Origin: an uncultured Candidatus Saccharibacteria bacterium
Lineage (GTDB): Bacteria > Patescibacteriota > Minisyncoccia > SW-4-49-11
Assembly (NCBI GenBank): GCA_964585065.1
Contig: CAZPCB010000003.1
Span: forward strand, 526 to 64,525
DNA: 64,000 nt
Direction of reading: 5' to 3'
Below, piece by piece: positions 1 through 9,923 of the stretch (the stretch's first letter is position 1; the number at the start of each line of letters is the position of its first letter). The translations under genes and the position numbers were made by a program. The notes below the pieces were generated by a model. That model was not told where the DNA came from. It searched no databases and was given only the letters and a program-made list of their open reading frames with translations.

Positions 1-110
1 GGCACTAACAGGAGTATATTGAAAGGAGATTATCACGATTGTGATTATAAATAAATATAATTTTATATATAATGCAAGTTTTTTCTTGTTTCTAATATTT
101 TCCATATATA

Positions 111-1490
111 TTAATTTGTCTTTTTATACTTTCTGAATATAAACATTAATATAGTAAATATTAATATTATAATTGACAATACAGCTAAAATAATAATATT
201 ATTTCTATTATTATTTTGTTCATTGGTACATTGACTAGGGTCTAAATCTTTACAGTCATATACTGATTCAATAGTATTAATAATTGAACCATTTGCATCT
301 TTAATTGTACTTGTTACAGTTAATTTATTATACTTATTATTAGGTAATTTTGTATATATTCCATCAATCTGTCCTGTTAATACACCTTTGTATTCACTAC
401 TGGCTATTATCTTATCTTTTTCATCTTTGACTATATTTTCTAGTATTATATCTACTTTAGCATCATTAATATTGTATATACAAGTTAATAGTTTTAATTC
501 TTTATCGGGAGCATAGGGACTTGTATTAAAAGTTAAAGCTGTTATTCTTGGCTCATTGATACGTGAATTTCTAAATCTTATATTGACTATATTACCCCAT
601 TTTGTAGCTAAAGGAGTTTTTGTATCTTTTATTTTTATCTTTACATAATATATTGCTTTATTGGGTTCTTTTATTGTATAATTAGCTATATTAGAACCTT
701 TCTTTACTATTGTTTTTTGTTCTTTTAATTCTTTCTCTACCTTTCCTAAATCATCACTCCAGCTATATACTTCATATTGTATCTCTACTTCTTTATCTTC
801 ATTGGTATTATTTTGTATTGGTACACTGATATTAACTGGCTCTATCTTTTCATATATTGGATTTATAGATAAGCTATCTAATATTTCATTATTTAGCTTA
901 ATTTCATTTTGCTTCACTGATATATCCTCTGTATTATTACCTCCTATTTTGAAACTAGCATAAGATGCTGGCATTTCCTCAGTAAATGGTAATCCAGCTA
1001 TATTTATTTGATCATTTTGTATTACTGATAATAATATCTCATACTCTCCTTTTACAGCTTGAAATGGCATAATGTATTTATATTCTACAATATAGCTGCC
1101 TAAACTGTTTATATTTATATTATCTTTTAGTACTATCTCATCTACTGTTTGTATTATTCTTTTATCTTCTTCTTGCTCTATTTTTACTATTTTAGCTCGC
1201 ACTTTTAAGTCTGGTAATGGATAGGTATTATTATTTTTTAATTCTCCCTTTATGTATATAACATCTCCTGGCTCATATGTATTCTGATCTAATCCTACAT
1301 TAACATCTACTTTACCTAAATTATATATATCAAAACAATTTCCCAATGTGGCATTCCTTAATCCTTCTGGATTTAAATTGCTTTTATACTCATCTATATT
1401 AGCTTTTTCTTGAGCTATTACTCCTATATGAGGCAATAATAGACTTAACCCAAATATGATATATATTCCTTTTTGTATTATTTTTTTCAT
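111..1490 (-). CDS. Cell-surface protein of unknown family with N-terminal signal peptide and C-terminal TM anchor (paralog A of 3884..5455)
   Basis: 459-aa ORF. The N-terminus is hydrophobic (IIFGLSLLLPHIGVIAQ). The C-terminus IIILAVLSIIILIFTILMFIFRKYKK is a TM anchor. Motifs LGNCFDIY, KIVKIEQEEDKRI, GEYEILLSV, YEVYSWSDD, LLTCI and IIASSEYKG are shared with the ORF at 4124..5455. Confidence 0.6.
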   Translation of the reverse strand: MKKIIQKGIYIIFGLSLLLPHIGVIAQEKANIDEYKSNLNPEGLRNATLGNCFDIYNLGKVDVNVGLDQNTYEPGDVIYIKGELKNNNTYPLPDLKVRAKIVKIEQEEDKRIIQTVDEIVLKDNININSLGSYIVEYKYIMPFQAVKGEYEILLSVIQNDQINIAGLPFTEEMPASYASFKIGGNNTEDISVKQNEIKLNNEILDSLSINPIYEKIEPVNISVPIQNNTNEDKEVEIQYEVYSWSDDLGKVEKELKEQKTIVKKGSNIANYTIKEPNKAIYYVKIKIKDTKTPLATKWGNIVNIRFRNSRINEPRITALTFNTSPYAPDKELKLLTCIYNINDAKVDIILENIVKDEKDKIIASSEYKGVLTGQIDGIYTKLPNNKYNKLTVTSTIKDANGSIINTIESVYDCKDLDPSQCTNEQNNNRNNIIILAVLSIIILIFTILMFIFRKYKKTN

Positions 1491-1681
1491 GAGTTTTATT
1501 TATATACTGTACACTATTAATAGTATATCATACCCCCCTAATTGTATATTGTGGATAAGTTAATACTCAATCATGATACGGTTTTTTTTATCGCATTTGG
1601 AATTGCTATAACTATTTGTCTTAGTCTTTATCTGTATTTCCGAAGACAAGATGTTATTTAATAGTTAATTTAGTATATCAT

Positions 1682-1716
1682 AAAGGAGGAATATCCTATA
1701 GAGATATTCCTCCTTT
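1682..1716 (-). terminator. Perfect 14-bp hairpin (aaaggaggaatatc / gatattcctccttt, 7-nt loop) immediately downstream of the 1732..3879 gene; candidate intrinsic terminator
   Basis: The inverted repeat was read directly. Its stem ends in TTT and is followed by AU-rich sequence on the minus-strand transcript. It lies 15 nt past the stop of the upstream gene. Confidence 0.45.
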
Positions 1717-1731
1717 TCTCACCATATTCTT

Positions 1732-3879
1732 CTACTTAGCAACTTCTCGAATAGTTCTATCCCCAAAATTAGTTATATCTCCAGTACAGGGTTTCTCTTC
1801 TGTTCTTCCTAATGATCCTTTTGCTTCTATGACTGGATTGTATTTCCCTAGTCCTAATCCTGTATAATCTAGAGTGAATTTTTGTGTTATATTATCACTT
1901 GTTATTGAACTTCCATAATCCTCTCCTATTGTCCTTTTTATTCGCCATGTATATGGATTATTAGCATTCCCTACTGTCGCTTCTACTTGGGCTATTGGGC
2001 TCTCTGCACTTACTACATTCTTTAATATCTTACAGGTTATCAATGGATAACTTTGTATCACTAATGTAATATTTGCATTGACTGATTTTGGAACTTTTGC
2101 CTCCTTCCCTGTACAACTAAGATTTATTGTATATGTTTGATCAGCTTTATCTGGTTCTACATTATTATTCTGCCTAGAACTTTCCAATTCTATATTATTT
2201 TCTCTAAATATATCTCTTGCTCCCGCAGTACTTAATTTACAACTATTATCCTGTAATCCAACTGTATTAGTTATTTTCCAATTTGTACTAATTGGATCTC
2301 CTGTCTTTATTGTTAATGTTTCTCCTTTTGCTACTGTTGTACTTCGACTCCTTAAATTGAAATCTACGCTAGGTTCTGGATAATTTAGCGGAGTTAATTT
2401 TCCACATCCCTTCCATCTATCTCCTAAGTTACTATTGCGGTTATCGTTTAGACTTACTTGTATGTCATACTCATATCCAGATATTAATCCACTTATATCT
2501 ATGTTTCCTGTTCTAGTATTATATGGTAAGTTGTCCCATACCCAATCTACTTCTCCTTCTCTTCTCCATCTTGCTTTTAATACTAACTCATCTCCTGGCT
2601 CATCTGTACCTGTATAATTCCAATTTGTATTACCTGTTGTATATCCTGTTCCTGTTCCTCCACAGCTTAATTGATCTAGATTAGGTGGATTATTTACTTT
2701 TGTACTAAAGACTGGTCCATCTTCCCAACCTGTCCATCCGTTTACTGGATTATATACTGCTACTCGTGGATAATAGGTTGTCCCTGGTATAAGTCCTGAT
2801 ATTGCTATATTACTTGCAGTACCAGCATATCCACCCCATACAATATTAGTAAAGCCAGGATCAGTAGCTATTTGTATAGCAACATTTGTTTGGGCATCTC
2901 CATCTGCATCACTATAGCTCCAATTTGCTGTTGCAGTATGATACCCTATATCTGTTGTTCCTGTATAGGCTACTGTTGGTGCTTGGTTTGGATTCTTTAC
3001 TCTTACAGTATAGGTTATTGAATTTAAGGAATATCCCCATCCCCCCCTTGCATAGTCTCCTCCATTTGGAGTAAAGACGTTTCCCCGATTTCTTATACAG
3101 CGCACGCTTTGACCACCAACACGACCAGTTGACACGATTGTTTGAGTTGTACCCGTAGGACAACCACATTGTGTTGTGGGTTGACGCCCCGCACCTCTTA
3201 CAAATGTATATCCAGTGACTGTACATACCTGTAGTTCATATGTAATCTGAGGGAAAGTACGCCCCCACTGGTAATTCCTTGCGACATAATAAGAACCAGA
3301 CCCTGGGAATGAAACGGTTATATTCGCTGCTCCTTGCCCTACCGTACGACAACTTGAACCACCAGAAGATGCACAATCTATAATTCCATCATTACTACTA
3401 CTTAGAGTATAACCCACTTGACCTATAATACCTCCTTGCATCTGATTTTGTACCTCATAACCGCCTGAACATGCTCCTCCATAGCTCACATAATTCCAGT
3501 TATATATATTATTGTCCATGGGGGGAGTAGCATTATCTACTGCAGTGTACCAATAAGATCCGGTTACATTATCATTATATGCAACCAAATTTGTTCCAAC
3601 AGGGATATCTCCAGCCCCTGACTCATTTAGGTTTAAGTTTCTAACACCTTGAGCTTGAAGAGTAAATTGTTTGTCTAGACTCATACCAAACAATGTTTGC
3701 GCCTTAAAGTCAGGTGGACCTCCACAGCCACCTCTTTTATGATATCTATAATAATTCCAGCTATCTGTATAATTAACTGGTACGGATATTGCAGAACTTT
3801 GTTGAGGTAACATATATACTATTAAGGATAATAGTAGTATTACTATATATTTCATATGGTTATATTTAAGGTTTTTCAT
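1732..3879 (-). CDS. Secreted Gly/Thr/Cys-rich protein with two fibronectin type III-like domains
   Basis: 715-aa ORF with an N-terminal signal peptide (IVILLLSLIVYMLPQQSSA) and no C-terminal anchor. It has many Cys residues. FN3-like segments were recognised by eye: TATANWSYSD...ISGLIPGTTYYPRVAVYN and NTNWNYTGTD...ISGLISGYEYDIQVSLND. Confidence 0.6.
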   Translation of the reverse strand: MKNLKYNHMKYIVILLLSLIVYMLPQQSSAISVPVNYTDSWNYYRYHKRGGCGGPPDFKAQTLFGMSLDKQFTLQAQGVRNLNLNESGAGDIPVGTNLVAYNDNVTGSYWYTAVDNATPPMDNNIYNWNYVSYGGACSGGYEVQNQMQGGIIGQVGYTLSSSNDGIIDCASSGGSSCRTVGQGAANITVSFPGSGSYYVARNYQWGRTFPQITYELQVCTVTGYTFVRGAGRQPTTQCGCPTGTTQTIVSTGRVGGQSVRCIRNRGNVFTPNGGDYARGGWGYSLNSITYTVRVKNPNQAPTVAYTGTTDIGYHTATANWSYSDADGDAQTNVAIQIATDPGFTNIVWGGYAGTASNIAISGLIPGTTYYPRVAVYNPVNGWTGWEDGPVFSTKVNNPPNLDQLSCGGTGTGYTTGNTNWNYTGTDEPGDELVLKARWRREGEVDWVWDNLPYNTRTGNIDISGLISGYEYDIQVSLNDNRNSNLGDRWKGCGKLTPLNYPEPSVDFNLRSRSTTVAKGETLTIKTGDPISTNWKITNTVGLQDNSCKLSTAGARDIFRENNIELESSRQNNNVEPDKADQTYTINLSCTGKEAKVPKSVNANITLVIQSYPLITCKILKNVVSAESPIAQVEATVGNANNPYTWRIKRTIGEDYGSSITSDNITQKFTLDYTGLGLGKYNPVIEAKGSLGRTEEKPCTGDITNFGDRTIREVAK

Positions 3880-3883
3880 ATGC

Positions 3884-5455
3884 TTATTTTATCGACTTTA
3901 ATGCTCTCCTTCTATATTCTCGAAATCCAAACACTAGCCCTCCTAAGACTAATATTCCTCCCAGGAATACCCATACACTAGAATTTGCACCTCCTTGCCT
4001 ACATTGACTTGGATTTAATTCCTTACAGTCATAATTTAAATCAATAGTATTCAGTATATTTCCGTCTTTATCTTTAATTGTACTTGTTACCATTAAGTTA
4101 TTATATCTCTTATTTTTTGGCAATTAAGTATATATACCATCAACTTGACCTGTAACCGTTCCTTTATATTCACTACTTGCTATTATTTTACCCCTCTCAT
4201 CTTTTATAGTGTTTTCTACTATTGTTTCCACTTCAGTCTCATTCGTATTATGTATACAAGTTAAAAGCTGTATATCACCTTTTTCTGGACTATATGGGCT
4301 AGTATTTAATGTTACCGCAGCTATTCTTGGCTCACTTATATCTTCATTCACAAACCTTATATTTGCTATATTTTCCCAGCTCATATTTGTGAGCACATTA
4401 TTACCTCTAACTTTTATTTTAATATAATATACTGCTTCTGCTTGTTCTTCTATTGTATAGCTTGCTATACTTGTACCTTGCTTGGCTATTGTTTTTAATT
4501 GTTTTAATTCTTTCTTTATTTTCCCTATGTCATCACTCCAGCTATATACTTCATATTCTACTTCTACTTCTTTATCTGTATCTGTATTGTTCTGTATCGG
4601 TACTTTGATTGTAACTGGTCTTTTATCTCTATATTTAGGATTGAATGATAAATTATTATACGGAACATCATTGATCGTTATATCTTTTTGTTTAATAATT
4701 ATCTCTTCTGTATTATCACCTTCTATTTTAAAGTTTAATTTAGATGCATATACATCATCTGTAAAGCTTAATCCCGCTACACTAATCTGATCATTGGAAA
4801 CTACAGACAATAATATTTCATAATCTCCTTTAGCAGCTTTCATCGGTAATATATAGGATTCATTTATTTCCTGTGAACCTTTACTTGCTAAGTTTATATT
4901 ATCTTTTATCACTATTTCATCTACTGTCTTAACTATTCTCTTATCACCTTCTTGTTCAATTTTAACTATTTTAGCTTTTATCTTTAAATCTACTAGTGGA
5001 TAATTATTATTATTTTCAATATTTCCTGTAAATTTTATAAGTCCAGCCCCCGGCTTAGCTTCTGCTCCTGTCTGATATTCATTCTGATCTATAATAATAC
5101 CTAGTCGTATATTATTGAATTTATATATATCAAAACAATTACCTAGTGATGCATTCTTTAAACCTTCTTGCTTTAATGTACTCGTATAAGGAGTTTCTTC
5201 TGGTGGATTCTCTTTGCTTTCTTTAATCCATCTCTCTACCTCTTCTGCTGTAGGTGGAGTTGGTGATAAGGGTGCTGGAAGTTCCCCCTGACTACTTTCA
5301 AGTTGCTCTCTTTCTTTCATTAGGTTATCATATTCTTCTTGAGTTAAGTTATCTATATCCATACTCGATATACCCTGAGCTAATACTGCTATCTGGGGGA
5401 GTAATAAAGATGTTATTAATATGACTATACCTAATATTGAATTTATTTTTTTCAT
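3884..5455 (-). pseudogene. Paralog B of the surface-protein family, interrupted by an in-frame TAA (plus 4124..4126). The split ORFs are 4124..5455 and 3884..4123; the latter carries the TM anchor.
   Basis: The ORF 4124..5455 ends ...GQVDGIYT*. The next ORF in the same frame continues LPKNKRYNNLMVTSTIKD...DCKELNPSQC plus a TM segment. This matches paralog A, ...GQIDGIYTKLPNNKYNKLTVTSTIKD...DCKDLDPSQC plus a TM segment. The TAA sits where paralog A has AAA (Lys). Confidence 0.5.
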
Positions 5456-5558
5456 AAAAATTTATATTTAATTATTCTCTTTTAATAATACACCATATTT
5501 TTATATATTACTATTTGACTATTGTGAATAAGTTTTACTGTTTTAGTAATTCTCCATA

Positions 5559-6827
5559 TTAAAGACTATCATAATCTCTCACAATAATTTGTGAGTCGAT
5601 TTGTTTCATAGTCTCAAGAATTACAGATACCACGATTAAGAGACTAGTTCCTCCAATGGCTAATGCTTGATTGCCAGTAAATCCAGTAACAATATATGGT
5701 AATACCGCAATAATACCTAAGAATACAGCTCCAAAAATAATAATTCTATTGGATACATATTGTAAATACTGGGCTGTTTTTTCTCCTGGGCGAATTCCTG
5801 TTACAAAACCTCCTTGTTTTTGTAAATTCTCAGCTACTGCTTTTGGTTCAAAAACAATGGTAGTATACACATAGGTAAATACTAATACAAAGATGAAATA
5901 GAGACTAGCATAAGCTACTTGATTAGAAAGGAAAGTATTAACTGCTTGAGCTCCTGAGGCTAGCCAAGAAATATTACTTTGTACTAATAAATTAGCTACA
6001 ACTTGTGGGAATAATACGAGAGATACTGCAAAAATAATCGGCATTACCCCAGCCTGATTTACTTTCATTGGTAAATAGGTGTCAACTTGTGCATTAACGA
6101 GTGATCCTCTTGATTTTTTACTATATGATATGGGTATATTACGCTGTCCCTCAGTAATAAAGATAATTGCATATATAACAATTAAGGTAAGAGCGGTATA
6201 TACAAGATATAATGGAATCTCTCCTCTATTAAAGTTTAAGAAAAATTGACTTAATGTTGTTGGGAGCCCCGCAATAATACCTGCGAATATAATCAATGAT
6301 ATTCCATTCCCTACATTTTGATTGGTGATTATCTCCCCTAACCACATAAGCCCAATAGTTCCTGCTGTCATTAAAGCGACAATAGTAATAACTTGTAAAC
6401 TGGTAATATCTTGAATAATATTTTGACTTCTTAATAATGTCAATGTTGACATTGCCTGCACAATAGCAAGTGGTACGGTGAGCATTCTTGTATATTGATT
6501 AAATACTTGTCTTCCTTGTTCTCCTTCTTCTTTATATAATCGATTCAAGGATGGGACTACCATTGTAAATAATTGCATAATAATAGAAGCCGTAATATAT
6601 GGTCCTACTCCCAATGCTACCAAGGAAAAATTAGAAAAACCACCTCCTGAAAATATATCTAAAAACCCCAAAAGTTGATTTGATTTTGCAAAAGCCTCTA
6701 TACGATCAATATCTACTCCTGGAATAGGAATAGATGCAATAAGTCGATATACTATCAATATACCAAGTACTAGAAGAAGTTTATTTCTAAGCTCTGGAAT
6801 TCGAGGTATATAGAGCCATCTTTTCAT
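5559..6827 (-). CDS. secY: Preprotein translocase subunit SecY
   Basis: 422 aa and polytopic. The N-terminal region and the GGGFSNFSLVALGVGPYITASIIMQL segment are typical of SecY. It follows rplO as in the spc operon. Confidence 0.9.
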   Translation of the reverse strand: MKRWLYIPRIPELRNKLLLVLGILIVYRLIASIPIPGVDIDRIEAFAKSNQLLGFLDIFSGGGFSNFSLVALGVGPYITASIIMQLFTMVVPSLNRLYKEEGEQGRQVFNQYTRMLTVPLAIVQAMSTLTLLRSQNIIQDITSLQVITIVALMTAGTIGLMWLGEIITNQNVGNGISLIIFAGIIAGLPTTLSQFFLNFNRGEIPLYLVYTALTLIVIYAIIFITEGQRNIPISYSKKSRGSLVNAQVDTYLPMKVNQAGVMPIIFAVSLVLFPQVVANLLVQSNISWLASGAQAVNTFLSNQVAYASLYFIFVLVFTYVYTTIVFEPKAVAENLQKQGGFVTGIRPGEKTAQYLQYVSNRIIIFGAVFLGIIAVLPYIVTGFTGNQALAIGGTSLLIVVSVILETMKQIDSQIIVRDYDSL

Positions 6828-6888
6828 ATCTATATCTTTAACATTTATCTATTATATCACAAAAACTCCTTGAGTCAGAATATATAGC

Positions 6889-7353
6889 TTATGCACTATA
6901 TATATCCTGTATTGTCTTCGATACCGCAATATTTTCAAATACAAATTTTTTATCAATAGCTTCTCCAGTATTCTTGGCTAATACTTTAATATCTGTAGTA
7001 CTATTTCGAATTAATTTCACCTGTAATAGACTTTCACGATTAATAATAGCTCCATTTTCAAATATTGCAGCAATAGATTGAATATTTACAATAGTATAGG
7101 CGGTTTTACCCTTTATATTCCCAATTCGATGAGCTCCTTGTACTGGGGATTGTCCTCTTCTTTTATGAATAACTCGGCTTCCTTGTCCAGCTAAAGCAGC
7201 ACTACCTCCGGTGAATAATGGAGATATTTTAGCTCCTGATCGAGCTTTTTGTCCTTTTTGTCCTTTTCCACTATAAGTACCTCGCTTTCCTCCGCGTCCT
7301 ATTCTTTTACGAGTTTTTTGTGATGGATGTGGTGATAATGTATGAATATGCAT
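6889..7353 (-). CDS. rplO: 50S ribosomal protein L15
   Basis: Gly/Lys-rich N-terminus GRGGKRGTYSGKGQKGQKARSG. It sits between rpsE and secY. Confidence 0.85.
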   Translation of the reverse strand: MHIHTLSPHPSQKTRKRIGRGGKRGTYSGKGQKGQKARSGAKISPLFTGGSAALAGQGSRVIHKRRGQSPVQGAHRIGNIKGKTAYTIVNIQSIAAIFENGAIINRESLLQVKLIRNSTTDIKVLAKNTGEAIDKKFVFENIAVSKTIQDIYSA

Positions 7354-7354
7354 A

Positions 7355-7816
7355 TTATTGAGTCATTAACAAAGCTTTTACTGTTGCTTGAGCATTATTG
7401 AGCTTATTCTTTCCTCCGAGCATCTTAGCGGTAATATTCTTAATTCCAGCAAAATCTACAACAGTTCGAACTGCTCCACCAGCTACAATTCCTTTTCCTT
7501 CTTTGGCTGGCTTTAAAATAATTTGAGCACTACCAAATTTTGCAGTGGCGTCAACCGGAATAGTACCGGTACTTACATCAATTTGTACCATTTTTTTCTT
7601 GGCAGCATTAATAGCTTTATCAATTGCGATAGCGGTATCAGCTCCTTTTCCGATTCCAACTCCAACTTTTCCTTTACGATCTCCAATTACAACAGTTGCT
7701 CGAAAAGAAAATCGTCGTCCTCCAGCCATAACACGAGCTACTCTAGCTATATCTAGTACTTTATGATCATATTCTCGCTTCTCTGGCTGTCTTGATTGTT
7801 GTTGCTGCTTTGCCAT
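7355..7816 (-). CDS. rpsE: 30S ribosomal protein S5
   Basis: The S5 motifs VVIGDRKGKVGVGIGKG and ILKPAKEGKGIVAGGAVR are present. There is a 1-nt gap to rplO, so there is no room for rpmD. Confidence 0.9.
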   Translation of the reverse strand: MAKQQQQSRQPEKREYDHKVLDIARVARVMAGGRRFSFRATVVIGDRKGKVGVGIGKGADTAIAIDKAINAAKKKMVQIDVSTGTIPVDATAKFGSAQIILKPAKEGKGIVAGGAVRTVVDFAGIKNITAKMLGGKNKLNNAQATVKALLMTQ

Positions 7817-7817
7817 A

Positions 7818-8174
7818 TTAAATTCTTAATCCTGATTTACGAGCTCCTTCTGCAAAAGCTGAGATTTTTCCAGTATATTTTCGTCCTCTTCTATCAAATA
7901 CAGCACGATAAATATTCTTTTCTAATGCAGCTACTGCTAATGCTTCTCCTAATTTTTCAGCATCAGTAATAGTAACACTTTTTCCTTTGCTCAATGATTT
8001 ACTATGTAGTCCAAGTAAAGTTACTCCCTTGATATCGTCAATAAGTTGAGCATATATACTAGTATTGCTTTTGGATACTGCTAATCGAGGAATAGTAGAA
8101 GTACCTGAGATTTTTCCTCTCACTCTTACCTTTCTTCTTGCTAATCGTCGCTGTTTGTCCAAAATTGCCTTCAT
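7818..8174 (-). CDS. rplR: 50S ribosomal protein L18
   Basis: 118 aa, basic N-terminus, and the conserved position between L6 and S5. Confidence 0.85.
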   Translation of the reverse strand: MKAILDKQRRLARRKVRVRGKISGTSTIPRLAVSKSNTSIYAQLIDDIKGVTLLGLHSKSLSKGKSVTITDAEKLGEALAVAALEKNIYRAVFDRRGRKYTGKISAFAEGARKSGLRI

Positions 8175-8228
8175 ACTATATGCATTATAATCCTTATTTT
8201 ATCACATTTATCTTCTTATTTCAAGTGT

Positions 8229-8765
8229 TTAAGAAGATGTTTTCTTACCTACTTTCATTCTGACAAATTCGTCATCATATCTCACACCTTTTCCTTTATA
8301 AGGTTCTGGTGGTCGAGTAGCCCGAATATTAGCAGATACCTGTCCAACGAGAGTTTTATCTATTCCTTTTACTAAAATAATATTTTTATCTACCTCAAAG
8401 GCAATTCCTTCTGGAGCTGTTACTTCAATTGGATGTGAATACCCAAGATTCAATACAAGAGTTTGTCCTTGTAGGGCTACACGATATCCCACTCCTTCAA
8501 TACGAAGTTTTTTGGTAAATCCATCTGTTACTCCTGTAATCATATTTTGAAGTAAAGCTCGATATAATCCCCAAAAAGCACTAATATTCTTGATTTGCTC
8601 TTGTGGAGTTACAAAAACTTCTGTTTCTCCTATTTCAAATCCTACTGGATGATTTACATCCTGAGATAATACTCCTTTTGGACCAGTAACAGTTAATACT
8701 CCATCTTGTAATACTATGGATACTCCTTCTGGGATTTGAATTGGCTTTTTTCCTACTCTTGACAT
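8229..8765 (-). CDS. rplF: 50S ribosomal protein L6
   Basis: 178 aa. MSRVGKKPIQIP... is a typical L6 start, and the gene is in the spc operon position. Confidence 0.9.
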   Translation of the reverse strand: MSRVGKKPIQIPEGVSIVLQDGVLTVTGPKGVLSQDVNHPVGFEIGETEVFVTPQEQIKNISAFWGLYRALLQNMITGVTDGFTKKLRIEGVGYRVALQGQTLVLNLGYSHPIEVTAPEGIAFEVDKNIILVKGIDKTLVGQVSANIRATRPPEPYKGKGVRYDDEFVRMKVGKKTSS

Positions 8766-8783
8766 AATCGTATACTTACTTAA

Positions 8784-9173
8784 TTACCAAATTTGACAAA
8801 TAACTTCTCCTCCCAAATTCTCTCTTTTTGCAGTATTAGCATCTATAATTCCTTTTGAGGTAGATAAAACTACAGTTCCTTTTCCATACTTAAATTGTGT
8901 TGGAAGTTCTTGTGCTCCAAGATAAATTCTACGTCCTGGCTTACTTACTCTATCAATGCCCTTAATCCCATCTTTTTTAAGATCAATAACAAGAAGAGGA
9001 AATCCTTTTTCTTGATCAACTTTTGTAACTCCTGTTACAAATTTCTTAGTCTTTAATAATTTTGCAATTTCAAATTTAAGATTAGAGTAAGGAATGGATA
9101 CCTCTCTCTTATTCACCGCTTGTGCATTACGGATTCTGGTTAGCATGTCTGCAATTGGGTCAGTCATATTCAT
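8784..9173 (-). CDS. rpsH: 30S ribosomal protein S8
   Basis: MTDPIADMLTRIRNA is the S8 signature N-terminus. Confidence 0.9.
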   Translation of the reverse strand: MNMTDPIADMLTRIRNAQAVNKREVSIPYSNLKFEIAKLLKTKKFVTGVTKVDQEKGFPLLVIDLKKDGIKGIDRVSKPGRRIYLGAQELPTQFKYGKGTVVLSTSKGIIDANTAKRENLGGEVICQIW

Positions 9174-9186
9174 ATAATTCTTATAA

Positions 9187-9372
9187 TTACCAACTAGATT
9201 TTTTAATACCTGGGATTAATCCCTCTGAAGCAAGTTCTCTGAAACAGATACGGCATAATCCAAAATCTCGGATATATCCTCTATGTCTTCCACATTTAAA
9301 ACATCGATTAACACCACGAGTACTAAACTTCTGCTTCTTTTTGGACTTTGCGATATGTGCTTCTGTTGCCAT
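9187..9372 (-). CDS. rpsN: 30S ribosomal protein S14 type Z (zinc-binding, 61 aa)
   Basis: The Cys pairs [10 protein letters not shown]...CRICFRE are present, and the gene sits between L5 and S8. Confidence 0.85.
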   Translation of the reverse strand: MATEAHIAKSKKKQKFSTRGVNRCFKCGRHRGYIRDFGLCRICFRELASEGLIPGIKKSSW

Positions 9373-9382
9373 ATTTCTACTC

Positions 9383-9922
9383 TTATTGCTTAAATGGGAA
9401 TCCCATTGATTTTAATAAATGAAGGCTTTTTTCCTTATTGGAATTGGAAATGGTGATATTAACCTGTAATCCAAAATTAATTCCGAGTTCCTCATTGGAT
9501 AATTCTGGGAAAATAATTTGCTCTTTAATTCCAAAATTTACATTTCCGTTCTCATCAATTTTAGTTGATTCAATTCCTTGAAAATCTCGAGTTCGAGGAA
9601 GTGCAATAGAAATTAATCTATCAAGAAAATCATACATTCTCTCTCCTCTCAGAGTAACTTTAAGCGCGATTGTCATTCCTTGTCGAGTCTTGAATTGAGC
9701 AATAGAACTTTTAGCAGCTACCGAAATTGGTTGTTGAGCAGAAATAGTTGTCAAAATTGACTTTACCTTCTCAAATTTTTGTACATCACGAAAATTCTTT
9801 CCTGTTCCTACATTAAGAGTAATTTTCTCAATATGAGGTGCGGCAAAAGTATTCTTAATCCCAAACTCTTTCATAAGTTCTGGGCGAAGTGATTCTTGAT
9901 AACGAGTTTTCAAACTTGACAT
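9383..9922 (-). CDS. rplE: 50S ribosomal protein L5
   Basis: 179 aa in the spc operon position, with an L5-like sequence. Confidence 0.9.
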   Translation of the reverse strand: MSSLKTRYQESLRPELMKEFGIKNTFAAPHIEKITLNVGTGKNFRDVQKFEKVKSILTTISAQQPISVAAKSSIAQFKTRQGMTIALKVTLRGERMYDFLDRLISIALPRTRDFQGIESTKIDENGNVNFGIKEQIIFPELSNEELGINFGLQVNITISNSNKEKSLHLLKSMGFPFKQ

Positions 9923-9923
9923 A

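Noticed and set aside
2435-3226. Short ORFs on either strand overlapping long minus-strand genes. Examples: 2435..2617, 2886..3074, 2912..3226, 4209..4427, 4482..4790, 5671..5874, 7523..7766, 9122..9409, 10207..10419, 10562..10933, 12246..12524, 16045..16543, 17103..17492, 24099..24515, 54032..54274.
   Set aside because: They lie wholly inside well-supported genes, mostly antisense and a few in an alternative frame of the same strand. They have low-complexity translations and no start context. They are typical shadow ORFs of AT-rich coding DNA.
4121-4126. Possibility that TAA is a sense codon (alternative genetic code) explaining the split paralog.
   Set aside because: All other genes in the window end in ordinary stops. 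The long genes (EF-Tu, NrdA, helicase, RNAP sigma, pheT) are uninterrupted under the standard code, so UGA reassignment (code 4 or 25) is also excluded. The split is better explained by a single AAA-to-TAA substitution or a sequencing error.
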